Positions 35,249-44,563 of a DNA stretch of 64,000 bases are shown piece by piece (position 1 is the first letter of the stretch; the number at the start of each line of letters is the position of its first letter). The position numbers were made by a program, and so were the translations under genes. Under the pieces are notes generated by a model. It made no database searches, had not been told where the DNA came from, and worked only from the letters and a program-made list of their open reading frames with translations. This DNA is from an uncultured virus (IMG/VR IMGVR_UViG_3300023237_000001) (taxonomy: Duplodnaviria; Heunggongvirae; Uroviricota; Caudoviricetes): the IMG/VR virus record IMGVR_UViG_3300023237_000001, one strand, 5' to 3'.

Positions 35249-36117
35249 TAATATTTAGATTTTATTCTTAGTTGGTTTTCCAGGTTTTTCCTGAAATATA
35301 TTTGGCATATGTCTTTACTTTCAAAGTTAAGGTAATCCATTAATCTTAATAGGTCGCAAAATGAACCCATTAATGATCTTTGTAATTTATTAACGTTGGT
35401 ATCAACATCTGTTTGTTTCCAAGCCTTGTTTTTTAAGGTGGATTTAGCCAGGGTTAAATTATATGTTATGTACCAACATAATTTAGATATATTGGGAATC
35501 ATTTTTGGAGATAGGTATTTACAACCTTCATAATCAAATTTTCCTGGTTTATCCAAAGCAATAGAACTGGGTTGATGATTAAATTCAAGGTTGTTTGTTA
35601 ACTTAGCCAGAAATAACCCCGCATCCAATATATTCATTTCATCCATATCATGGTTAGTAAATTTTTCCCCTACGTTCATTGTTTTTAACTCCTTGTAGAA
35701 GTATTTAGCAAATGATTGTTCGGTTATATTAACAAAGATAAATACTTCTACTAGGAAGTGTAATGCATCTGCCAATTCTTCATTCATTTCAGCTTGTTTG
35801 ATAGATAATTGCTTAATACTATCGGGATCTTCGGATATAAGAAGTCCAAGAGCTGTTAGGGTGTGTTCGTAATATTCCCCTATTTCCTCTATTACATCAC
35901 CCATAAAGGATTTTAATATCCTTTGATTATCCCTATTACCTAAATCCATAGGCCAATCAGGTAATTGAGGTTTTGATATTGGTTGGTATAGCTTCATTAG
36001 CTTTTCCTGTCCTTCAAATATACCGGTTAAATTATTATAAACCGGGAAGGCTTTTTGTTTTAAAAAACTCATTTTGTTATTGGGTTTTGTTTTTAAACTC
36101 TTTGGTTGTAATACCAA
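35248..36117 (-). CDS. All-alpha (MazG/dimeric dUTPase/T4 gp56-like) dNTP pyrophosphatase
   Basis: EEIGE, EELADALHF, KAWKQ, YFRKNLENQLR...Y; start probably MSFLKQ. Confidence 0.8.
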   Translation of the reverse strand: MVLQPKSLKTKPNNKMSFLKQKAFPVYNNLTGIFEGQEKLMKLYQPISKPQLPDWPMDLGNRDNQRILKSFMGDVIEEIGEYYEHTLTALGLLISEDPDSIKQLSIKQAEMNEELADALHFLVEVFIFVNITEQSFAKYFYKELKTMNVGEKFTNHDMDEMNILDAGLFLAKLTNNLEFNHQPSSIALDKPGKFDYEGCKYLSPKMIPNISKLCWYITYNLTLAKSTLKNKAWKQTDVDTNVNKLQRSLMGSFCDLLRLMDYLNFESKDICQIYFRKNLENQLRIKSKY

Positions 36118-36466
36118 ACTTCTTTTTGGTTAGCCTTTTAGATTTTAAAGCATTACCATTCTTTTTTAATTTTCCTTCATAGTATTTCTTTATATCATTA
36201 ACTGGAATAATAACTTCCATGTCGGTAAAATTATTGTTTTTTTCTTCTGCCAACCTTTCCGCATTTAAGGTTTGGCTATTAACAATTTGACATAGTTCAG
36301 CATCCCCGCACATTGCACATTCTGGAGCTTTAAGATCATATAACTTACCAAAACAAGGATCATCGGGTGAACCTATTAATTCCATATCAATGGGTTGTAA
36401 TAAATCGGCATCTTCAATAGAAGGTCCTTTTCGTGGTTGACGTTTATTTTTTTTTCCTTTTGCCAT
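36077..36466 (-). CDS. Cys4 metal-binding hypothetical protein
   Basis: PCFGKLYDLKAPECAMCGDAELC. Confidence 0.7.
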   Translation of the reverse strand: MAKGKKNKRQPRKGPSIEDADLLQPIDMELIGSPDDPCFGKLYDLKAPECAMCGDAELCQIVNSQTLNAERLAEEKNNNFTDMEVIIPVNDIKKYYEGKLKKNGNALKSKRLTKKKFGITTKEFKNKTQ

Positions 36467-37916
36467 TGGGTTTTACTTTATTAATTACTTTTAATTTTTC
36501 CACCATATAATAACTTACTCGGTGTTTAGAATGCCTTTCAAGATATTTACCTCTATCATATATATCATCTAATAGAACTTTCTTTTTTGATTCATGTGTT
36601 CTTTCCCCTCTACCCGTGATTTGGGATATAGTTTCTTGGTTATCAGATCCTGAGGCATTACATATATATTGTAATAATGGGAAGTTTTTTCCCCGTTTTA
36701 CAATATAAGAAGCTATAAGTATATCAAGCTTACCTAACCTAAAATCTTCTAATATTTGTTTTCTTTGTTTTTCAGGGGTTCCTCCGTGTACCATGTTTAT
36801 GGTTATACCTGAAGGAAGTTGGGGTTTGATAAAGTCATATAAATTTTGAATATGCTCATGGTATCGGCAAACTATCATGGCTGTAATTCTATCCATAGAT
36901 AGGTTAAATAATAATCTATCTGTTATTATTTGGTGCCTAACCTTATTTCTGGTAATTGCATCTCGGTAAACTTCTTGCCAATCTTTTAATTTTTTATATT
37001 TTTCTACCTCGGTGTTACCCTCTATTATTTTAATAACCACCTTACATGAAAACCCTTTAGCCATCATTGTTTCCTTGGATATTTCTGATACTATATTTGA
37101 GAATTGGCCTTTTAGTTCAAAATTCTTGATTTTATGTTTGGCTAATTTGGATTGGTATATTGAACCTGATAAACCTATGGTTACTGTGGAGTTAAAACAG
37201 TATTTCATAATTGATTTATATGTTTTGTTATTTGCCAAATCACATTCATCTACCATTACAATATTAACCTTAGCAAGTAGATCTTTATATTTATCAATAT
37301 TCCTAGCAATGGTTTGAACCATTACTACATTTATATTACCCCAGGTTTTTTCTTTACCTTGTATATAACCTATGTTATCATCTAAAATTAATTCGGGTAA
37401 TTCTCGTTTAAATTGTTTATATAAATCACCATCATTTAGTAATATGATAGAGGTTGGGTTTTTAAAAGATAGATGTATCATAGCCATCATTAAAGTTTTA
37501 CCCGCATTGGTTGCCATGTTTAATACCCCCACCGGAAAGTATATGTTTTCAACCCTCCTGGATAATACAGCCTTAACAGCTTGAATTTGATAAGGTCTAG
37601 CATCTAATTCTCCGATTTGAGTTGGTACCCCGGTAAATTCAAGTTTAGACCTAACATCATTAATTTTATAACTCCATCCCTGTTCTTCAATATAGATAAT
37701 GATGGAAGGTAGGTGTCCGGGGAAAAAATAACCCGCATCGGTAATTATATAGAATTTACCATCCCAACCTGGTTGCATATGTTTCCTTATGAAAAAGGCA
37801 TTCGGGTTTCTGCATCTGTGGTTATCATCGGTTCTAAGTTTGTTAAATTTCTTTAGACTACCATAAACCTTACATTTGGAATTATTTAGCTCAATATATA
37901 AATCTTTTTTAGCCAT
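36444..37916 (-). CDS. Superfamily 2 helicase (UvsW-like)
   Basis: RPYQ, ATNAGKT, DECD, GLSGS, QITGRGER. Confidence 0.9.
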   Translation of the reverse strand: MAKKDLYIELNNSKCKVYGSLKKFNKLRTDDNHRCRNPNAFFIRKHMQPGWDGKFYIITDAGYFFPGHLPSIIIYIEEQGWSYKINDVRSKLEFTGVPTQIGELDARPYQIQAVKAVLSRRVENIYFPVGVLNMATNAGKTLMMAMIHLSFKNPTSIILLNDGDLYKQFKRELPELILDDNIGYIQGKEKTWGNINVVMVQTIARNIDKYKDLLAKVNIVMVDECDLANNKTYKSIMKYCFNSTVTIGLSGSIYQSKLAKHKIKNFELKGQFSNIVSEISKETMMAKGFSCKVVIKIIEGNTEVEKYKKLKDWQEVYRDAITRNKVRHQIITDRLLFNLSMDRITAMIVCRYHEHIQNLYDFIKPQLPSGITINMVHGGTPEKQRKQILEDFRLGKLDILIASYIVKRGKNFPLLQYICNASGSDNQETISQITGRGERTHESKKKVLLDDIYDRGKYLERHSKHRVSYYMVEKLKVINKVKPNGKRKKK

Positions 37917-38752
37917 TAGTTTTTTAGTATTTTAGAAAAGTCCATTTTTCGTTTGGGTATTTCGTTAAACTTTATCTTTTTAGAATACACATATTTATTA
38001 AACCTTTTTAAAGCTTTATCCCCAACCAGTTGCATTGGGTCGGGTAGTATTTGATTCCAAGCAAAACCCTCAAACTGGGCATCTATCCAAATCCTAAACG
38101 GAAATTTATTATCTGAGCATACCTTTTTAACATCATAAAAATATTTGTATTTATCCACATTGTTTTCATAGGTATCTCGTATCCCTGTACGCTCGGCAAT
38201 TATAGCAATATAATAATCATGTATTATTTTAGTTTGTTCTGGTGAGTTATCTTCTAATAATTCAAGGTTTGATTGATGGGTTAAACAAATTGATTCATAC
38301 ATTGAAGGAAATCTGGTTATATTAAACCTTGTCATCTTATTTAATCCAATTGTTATATAAGCCATAAACCCTTGTACCTTATCTTCTATTTCAAATTCAT
38401 TACAAAAGTTAATTGCATCCTTTGCCATTGATTTAATGTTAACCCAATCTCGGTGGCCCTGGTTAATTAGCATTATACCTCTATGTTTTTTAGACTTGCG
38501 GATCTTATAAATTAATGATGCCATTTTAGAAGCATCACTATTACTGGATTTTAAAGCATTCTTAACTTTTTTCTCTACCCTATCAGATGATACTAGTAAT
38601 GCTCGATGTGTTAGAGTATGTTTCTTACCAGAGCGTAACACTATTCTAACTAGATAATCTAAATCTACTCCTATATTTACCCATTCATACCCAGAGTCAG
38701 AGAGTATTTTATGTAATTGAGTTTTTGTTATATGTATACTGGGATCTCTCAT
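37916..38752 (-). CDS. Hypothetical protein in replication cluster
   Basis: 278 aa between primase and SF2 helicase. Confidence 0.75.
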   Translation of the reverse strand: MRDPSIHITKTQLHKILSDSGYEWVNIGVDLDYLVRIVLRSGKKHTLTHRALLVSSDRVEKKVKNALKSSNSDASKMASLIYKIRKSKKHRGIMLINQGHRDWVNIKSMAKDAINFCNEFEIEDKVQGFMAYITIGLNKMTRFNITRFPSMYESICLTHQSNLELLEDNSPEQTKIIHDYYIAIIAERTGIRDTYENNVDKYKYFYDVKKVCSDNKFPFRIWIDAQFEGFAWNQILPDPMQLVGDKALKRFNKYVYSKKIKFNEIPKRKMDFSKILKN

Positions 38753-39690
38753 CTTTGGTTTTTAATTTTTACTAAATCCATATATGTTGAAATAGGGGTG
38801 GCTTTAATTAATTTCTTGGTGGCTTTTTTTCCAATGTCATTTACATCTTGTTCTTTGGGCATTTTAATTAATCTAACATTTTTATGTCGGCATAGTTGCA
38901 TTGCCAGTTGTATAGCTTCTGACCAGGCATCATCATCTAATAATATATTAATAGTTTCTACTGGTGATTTAACGTAGATAGAATATTGATAGGTAGATAT
39001 TTTTTTACCCCCTAAAACAGTTCCCGTTTGCCCAAGTGTTTCGGCATTCATAACAGATTCTACTATACTAACTTCATCATATAAGTATAAGGCATCTAGG
39101 TTATAAACCAATGTAGATTTACCAACTCCAAATTCCTCAATGGGTGGGTTGTTAAATTTGGGTCCGGAAGATAAAAAATTACGAGCATGAAAATATACCA
39201 TTTTGCCATGAACAAAAAATGGCATAATAATGTAACCTTCATAATCCCCAGCAGTACAATATCCAAAACCTTTTTGAGATAATTTTTTTATATTAAAACC
39301 CCTACCTTTCATATAATTCCTGGCTGATTTACCATATTGGCTTTTGCCCATGTCAAGTGATTGAAATGAATCTGGTAAAATTACTGGTTTACTTTCTATC
39401 CTTTCTACTTTTTTTTCTACAAAATCATAACCCTCAAAGGCATTTAACAATATCCTTACCTCATGAATAGATGGTAGTGATTCAAAAGTTTTAACCGCAT
39501 ATATAGGTCTTTCATGATAACCACATTTAAAACAGTTAGTACGGTTATGTGATATATTAACCCCATATTTATCATGAGCCCCACATGTTGGGCAATCACC
39601 TTTAAGCCACCCATTACGATAATCATACATACCTAACCTACTTTGGAAATATTCCCTTAGTTTGGTTTTAAATTTGTAATTAAAATTCAT
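38749..39690 (-). CDS. dnaG: DNA primase
   Basis: CPTC..CFKC zinc finger; TOPRIM IVES..LDDDA..DVND. Confidence 0.88.
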   Translation of the reverse strand: MNFNYKFKTKLREYFQSRLGMYDYRNGWLKGDCPTCGAHDKYGVNISHNRTNCFKCGYHERPIYAVKTFESLPSIHEVRILLNAFEGYDFVEKKVERIESKPVILPDSFQSLDMGKSQYGKSARNYMKGRGFNIKKLSQKGFGYCTAGDYEGYIIMPFFVHGKMVYFHARNFLSSGPKFNNPPIEEFGVGKSTLVYNLDALYLYDEVSIVESVMNAETLGQTGTVLGGKKISTYQYSIYVKSPVETINILLDDDAWSEAIQLAMQLCRHKNVRLIKMPKEQDVNDIGKKATKKLIKATPISTYMDLVKIKNQR

Positions 39691-41090
39691 ATATCGGATT
39701 TTCGTTTAGGAGCTGGTGAATCATTGTCTTCATCAAAAATATTAGCGAATTGGGTTTCATATTCTTTTCGTTGGCCCCTGGTAAATTCTTTTAGGTTTTG
39801 TGTTTCTTGATTAAAGGAAAAGATAGCCCTACCCCTGGGCTGACCATCCCTTTGTTCTACAATTTCTAATCTCATTACTCCTGCCGCAGCTTCTTCAGGT
39901 GTTCTATTTAACCCATAGATGGATTGGGCATGTCTTACTATATCTATACATTTAGCAATGTCATTGGCATTATATCTTGTTTTTTCCCTTATTTCTGCAC
40001 CCCTGGTAACATGATGAGCTGTCCATACATGTTCTATGTTTTCATCAGCTGCTAAGTTTTTAAGTTCAAGGTATACGTTTGAAATTCTTTGATTATCATC
40101 GTCCAATTTTTTTAGAGAACCCAATAAGGCGGCATAATCTACTATTAAAATTTCTGCTTTAAATCCATATTTTTGGTATAGGAATCTTATATGGGTACGG
40201 ATATCATTTACTGTTGAATGTAAAGCCGATAATCTTTTAATATTTATTTCCCCGCCAATCCTTTTATATTTCCTTAATTGTTTTTGAACCCTGGCATCAT
40301 TATCTCCTGATAGTATATCGGATTTATTAAGATTCATAATTGATTCTTCTAACCTGATTGATAATTCATCTTCTCCATTTTCTAAATCTATGTATAATAC
40401 CTTTTTCTTCTTTTTAAGGTATTCCCTAGCGGTGTTAATTAAGAAACCGGTTTTAGATTTTTTAGGCATATCCAAAATAACGGCAATAGAATTTTTTGAT
40501 AAACCTCCTGCATTTGTTAATTTGTTTAATTGGCGGTAAGGGGTAGGTATTATATTTGGATTAGATTGTCTGTCTAGTTGTCTTTGCTTTATATCTTTAA
40601 TAAGAAATATACCTTTTGTATCAGATTCTTCTATTGGATCTATAATGGCGTCCTGTACTTTGGATTGAAAATTTTCGTATTGGTTAAAATCCACCAAATC
40701 AAAATTCTCTATGGTATTTTTTAATTGTAAGTAAGAATAGAATTTTTTAGCCTTATCAAATATAATATCCCCATCTCTTACAATTTCATTGCAAGCGGTT
40801 TTACATATTAATAAAATGTCATTTCTATCTGAATCTGTAATAAGATTAATATAATCCCTATTGGTAAATAAATCCCGTAATTCATCTTTGATTTGAACAT
40901 ATGCTGGTATTCTATTGTATTTACCTTTAGCAGCTTTAATCCCTTGTATAATAATAGCGTGATTTAAGTCTTCAAAATAGTTATGTTCAATAAGATCTAA
41001 TATTCTTCCTCCGTTTTTATCTTGGCAAATGAATTTGACTAGGTCCCATTGGAAATCTAAGTCGAATTCAAACTTAATTTGTGATGTCAT
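39687..41090 (-). CDS. dnaB: DnaB-like replicative helicase
   Basis: IPTPY..LN, variant Walker A DMPKKSKT, YIDLE, LIVDY, QRDG. Confidence 0.85.
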   Translation of the reverse strand: MTSQIKFEFDLDFQWDLVKFICQDKNGGRILDLIEHNYFEDLNHAIIIQGIKAAKGKYNRIPAYVQIKDELRDLFTNRDYINLITDSDRNDILLICKTACNEIVRDGDIIFDKAKKFYSYLQLKNTIENFDLVDFNQYENFQSKVQDAIIDPIEESDTKGIFLIKDIKQRQLDRQSNPNIIPTPYRQLNKLTNAGGLSKNSIAVILDMPKKSKTGFLINTAREYLKKKKKVLYIDLENGEDELSIRLEESIMNLNKSDILSGDNDARVQKQLRKYKRIGGEINIKRLSALHSTVNDIRTHIRFLYQKYGFKAEILIVDYAALLGSLKKLDDDNQRISNVYLELKNLAADENIEHVWTAHHVTRGAEIREKTRYNANDIAKCIDIVRHAQSIYGLNRTPEEAAAGVMRLEIVEQRDGQPRGRAIFSFNQETQNLKEFTRGQRKEYETQFANIFDEDNDSPAPKRKSDI

Positions 41091-41163
41091 TGATGATAAT
41101 AAATATAGTTATATAATAGAAATCCGTAGTATTTGGTATTAACCTTATCTTGTAGGTTCTAAT

Positions 41164-41208
41164 TCATGTAATAATATTTATTATATTTGAATATAATTTA
41201 AAAAATCC
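41164..41208 (+). promoter_or_regulatory. Plus-strand copy of the cassette promoter, copy 16
   Basis: TCATGTAATAATATTTATTATATTTGAATATAATTTAAAAAATCC upstream of ATG 41214. Confidence 0.7.
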
Positions 41209-41213
41209 CCCTT

Positions 41214-41864
41214 ATGGAAAACCACCGATTGTTACCCATGGTTGAATATGATGAACAAGTATTTAATCAAATCCACAAAGATACCAGGGCCCTGGTTAAA
41301 AAGCTTTCTTTTAATATTGATTACCAAAGATTAAACGTTTCTCCTGATATAGTTGAAAGTTGGTTTGATGATAAACTTATATTCGTATTTAATAAATATT
41401 ATGGTAAAATGAATAATGATGTTTTGAAAGGTCATGTTATAAATGCTTTGCAGTTATTTAGAAATAGAATATTGAAATCGGCTTATACCCAGAAATCATT
41501 ATTTAATCAAAATTTTATTGACCTAGGAGAAGATAATGAATTAATTAATATCATACCTAATGAAGAAGAGATTAGTGATAAAGATGTATTGATTAAATTA
41601 ATGCATACCTTTATTGAAAATCAAATTTCAAAAGATGCTTACTACATCTATAAAATACAGATGGATCCTCCTCCATATATCCTAAGTAAAATTCCTAATA
41701 GAAATTCAAGGATTAGCAATCAATTAATGGCAGAATTCTGTGACTTACCTCTGGGAAATACAACAAATAATTATTTGTCATCCCTTCGTAAAGAAATAAA
41801 GGATGCTATCAAAAAGGCCCAGAATCACTTCCGGGCCTTAGATAATAAACTGTTATTGGGTTAA
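41214..41864 (+). CDS. Putative phage sigma-factor-like transcription regulator
   Basis: Only plus-strand gene; region-2-like N-terminus (LVKKLS..DIVESWF..KY..LKGHV..RN.IL) and C-terminal HTH-like segment; lies between the replication and structural blocks. Confidence 0.55.
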   Translation: MENHRLLPMVEYDEQVFNQIHKDTRALVKKLSFNIDYQRLNVSPDIVESWFDDKLIFVFNKYYGKMNNDVLKGHVINALQLFRNRILKSAYTQKSLFNQNFIDLGEDNELINIIPNEEEISDKDVLIKLMHTFIENQISKDAYYIYKIQMDPPPYILSKIPNRNSRISNQLMAEFCDLPLGNTTNNYLSSLRKEIKDAIKKAQNHFRALDNKLLLG

Positions 41865-43297
41865 GCCATATTTGCAAAGAAGGAAACTTGCCCCGTAATT
41901 CTTATTGAACCTGCAGCAAAATTCAAACCAGATGTTTTGGTTATAATAATAGAATTAGTATCATGATCTGCCTGCATTACCACTGGATCACCCGAAATTA
42001 GTTCTGCCCCTATTGAGGCTAAACCTCCATCAATATTGGAAGTTATAAAGTTAAATACCGATGAAAGGTTTAGAGTAAGGGTTAAGGAGTTATCGGATAG
42101 GGTAAGAGTTGTGTCAAGGCTTACCGTTGCAAAATCATCCTTAAGATAAAGCATATTTTCACTTGATGTCCACCCACTTACGGTTCCGGCATTAGAAGTT
42201 ATTAAAGTTGGATTTGATAAAGAAAACCCAATTGTTTCTAAACTTTCTACTTCATCGACAAGCACATCCATTTCTCCAAGTAGTGTTACCATCTCTCCCT
42301 GTAATGTGTTTACTTCAGAATTTAAACTTGAAACTGCCCGAGCAATACATTGAGAAGCTGATACCAAGTTCCATATTGCTTCATCTTCAGAATTTAAACC
42401 ATGGTATCTAACTTTAAATATGTCCCCCGCTTGGAAGGTGTTAAAGGTAGAAGTGGTGGTAAAGTTATCTGATAAGGCAAAACCGTTACTGTCATCAAAA
42501 GCTTCCCTATTTACTCCCGCAAAAGTATGTGAACATTTAAAAGTTATTTCTGTTCCCTCCGGAGGTAAACCATCTGTTAAACCTATAAAACGTATCCTTG
42601 TTAAACTATCGGTTGTACCCCAGTTTGGTAATACAAAATAATTACCATCAGGGTTTAAAGTTACTGAAGCGGAATTATCTCCGTCTACGGTAATAATAGA
42701 AGAACCATCTACCGTACCTTCTTTTTGTAGAGCTTGAGTACTTATAAATTGTTGTACTCTGTCTAAAAATGCAAAACCGGTAAGGTTATTAAACAAAGGA
42801 GTTTCAGGATATGAAAAGGTTAAACCATTAAAGGTATTTATACCATTACCAACATATACATAAGCTAAGATTACTTGTTTTGTAGAAGAAGGTAAAACAG
42901 GTACTGTTCCATCAGAAGCCCCTTGAACTACAGAAAATACTGCAGGAGAACCCCCTACTATTTCTACAATCTCATGTTCCATTATTAATAAATCTATTCT
43001 ATCTGTACCCCCACCTACGTTTATATTTAAAGGTTCTGGAGAACCCTCTATATAAAGTGTTTTACCTTGGGGAGTAACCACTATCCCGGTGTTTGCCGAA
43101 AAAGTTTGATCTGATTTGATGAATTTAAAATCATCAGTATGAGAAAGAGTTAAGTTTATACCTATCCCACCACCATTAGTAATGGTGTTAAATCCCTTGT
43201 AGACTCCCTTAGGTAAAAACCCTTGGTTAGCTATCCCATGATTGGCTGACCCCATAGGTGTCTTCCATTCAAAGTATCTGTGTTGTGTTTCTGCCAT
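41861..43297 (-). CDS. Tail fibre / receptor-binding protein
   Basis: RIDLL..VVQG..P.LP...VILAYVYV baseplate-attachment motif, coiled coil, beta-rich tip. Confidence 0.75.
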   Translation of the reverse strand: MAETQHRYFEWKTPMGSANHGIANQGFLPKGVYKGFNTITNGGGIGINLTLSHTDDFKFIKSDQTFSANTGIVVTPQGKTLYIEGSPEPLNINVGGGTDRIDLLIMEHEIVEIVGGSPAVFSVVQGASDGTVPVLPSSTKQVILAYVYVGNGINTFNGLTFSYPETPLFNNLTGFAFLDRVQQFISTQALQKEGTVDGSSIITVDGDNSASVTLNPDGNYFVLPNWGTTDSLTRIRFIGLTDGLPPEGTEITFKCSHTFAGVNREAFDDSNGFALSDNFTTTSTFNTFQAGDIFKVRYHGLNSEDEAIWNLVSASQCIARAVSSLNSEVNTLQGEMVTLLGEMDVLVDEVESLETIGFSLSNPTLITSNAGTVSGWTSSENMLYLKDDFATVSLDTTLTLSDNSLTLTLNLSSVFNFITSNIDGGLASIGAELISGDPVVMQADHDTNSIIITKTSGLNFAAGSIRITGQVSFFANMA

Positions 43298-43301
43298 TTG
43301 A

Positions 43302-43709
43302 TTATATAATGAAAGTTAATTTCCATGTAATGTAAAGAGTTTCCCCTTCTTCCTTGGTTATATTTATATTTTCCCTTGATGAGAAAGTTTCTTCTATTGG
43401 TGTTTTAAGATATAAATGATTTAATGTACCTATAAAATTTTCATCGGTTAAAATAATGGTAAGAGTTAATACCCCATCTTCAACCGTATAAGAAGTAATG
43501 TCAACTAAACCCGTTAAATTTGACCCGTAATTAAATTCTAGTTGGGTAATACCATTAGTATCGGCATTTATTCCTCCCGATAACCTAGTTGCTACTACTG
43601 CTACCGCTATGGCTTGATCAATATCATTGTGGTTGTTATATAATATAATACCTACTTGATTTTTGATATTTACGTGACCTTGTATTTTGAGGTTAAGATT
43701 AGTCTTCAT
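43302..43709 (-). CDS. Baseplate/tail-collar small protein (paralogue of 44154..44540)
   Basis: G.V.I..N.I ... I.K.....L.ITW.LTF. Confidence 0.6.
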   Translation of the reverse strand: MKTNLNLKIQGHVNIKNQVGIILYNNHNDIDQAIAVAVVATRLSGGINADTNGITQLEFNYGSNLTGLVDITSYTVEDGVLTLTIILTDENFIGTLNHLYLKTPIEETFSSRENINITKEEGETLYITWKLTFII

Positions 43710-44151
43710 GGTTACCAGCTATATTATCTTCGTTAGATGTTTTTGTACCAGTTTTATGTTGATCAATGTTTTGTAAAATTTTATCAAACAATTTACCTGA
43801 AATAATACCAAGTTCATACCAATGCTTAAGAATACTTAATAGTTGAGATACCAATATGGGAATCATAATTGCTTCGGATAGCCAATCTATATAATCATAC
43901 CCTTGTTCCATTTTAATAATTACATAAAGTAAAGCCCCGAAGGAAGCTATCTTTGCTGTAAAGAGTAAAGATTTTGAGGTTTTAAAGGTTCCCCGTTTTA
44001 AATGTTTAATACTGGAAAATATAGCATCAGTTATAACCGCTAAAATAATAGGTAAAAATTGGGCTTTATTGGAAATAAAATCATCTATGATGTCATAGAA
44101 AAAAGCTCCTAATACGGAAGATAAAATTAAGATAGTAATACTTGTTTTCAT
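43699..44151 (-). CDS. Holin (phage holin 4-1-like)
   Basis: Several TM segments; D.I....K and Q.LSIL.H..ELG. Confidence 0.7.
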   Translation of the reverse strand: MKTSITILILSSVLGAFFYDIIDDFISNKAQFLPIILAVITDAIFSSIKHLKRGTFKTSKSLLFTAKIASFGALLYVIIKMEQGYDYIDWLSEAIMIPILVSQLLSILKHWYELGIISGKLFDKILQNIDQHKTGTKTSNEDNIAGNHED

Positions 44152-44153
44152 AG

Positions 44154-44540
44154 TTAACTAAAGGTAAATTGCCAGGTTAGAAGGTAAGATTGATTGGGTT
44201 CTTTTACTATATCGGGTATAATTAGGGAAGCAAAATCTTGTTGAAGGTTAGAGTTATGTATTTGTAACTTTGTTATGGTGCCATTAAAAGAATTAATTTC
44301 CAAAGTGGATTTAAAAGCTACCGCTGAGCCCCCATTATTACCATATAAACCAATGGGTAGGTTGTAAAGTAAATCCTCACCCCCATTATTGTAGGTTATG
44401 ATTAGCTCATTTAAAAGGTAATTAGCGTCTGGAAAGAACCCCATACTAGAAGCAATATAAAATTTTGCTATTGGATATATTGTATTAGCTTTTTGTAATA
44501 CTAGATTATCCCCTTGGTAAATACTAACTTCTCCTTTCAT
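44154..44540 (-). CDS. Baseplate/tail-collar small protein
   Basis: KGEVSI..NTI ... IVKEPNQSYLLTWQFTF. Confidence 0.6.
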   Translation of the reverse strand: MKGEVSIYQGDNLVLQKANTIYPIAKFYIASSMGFFPDANYLLNELIITYNNGGEDLLYNLPIGLYGNNGGSAVAFKSTLEINSFNGTITKLQIHNSNLQQDFASLIIPDIVKEPNQSYLLTWQFTFS

Positions 44541-44563
44541 TTATCTATTGTAATAAGTTTAGT

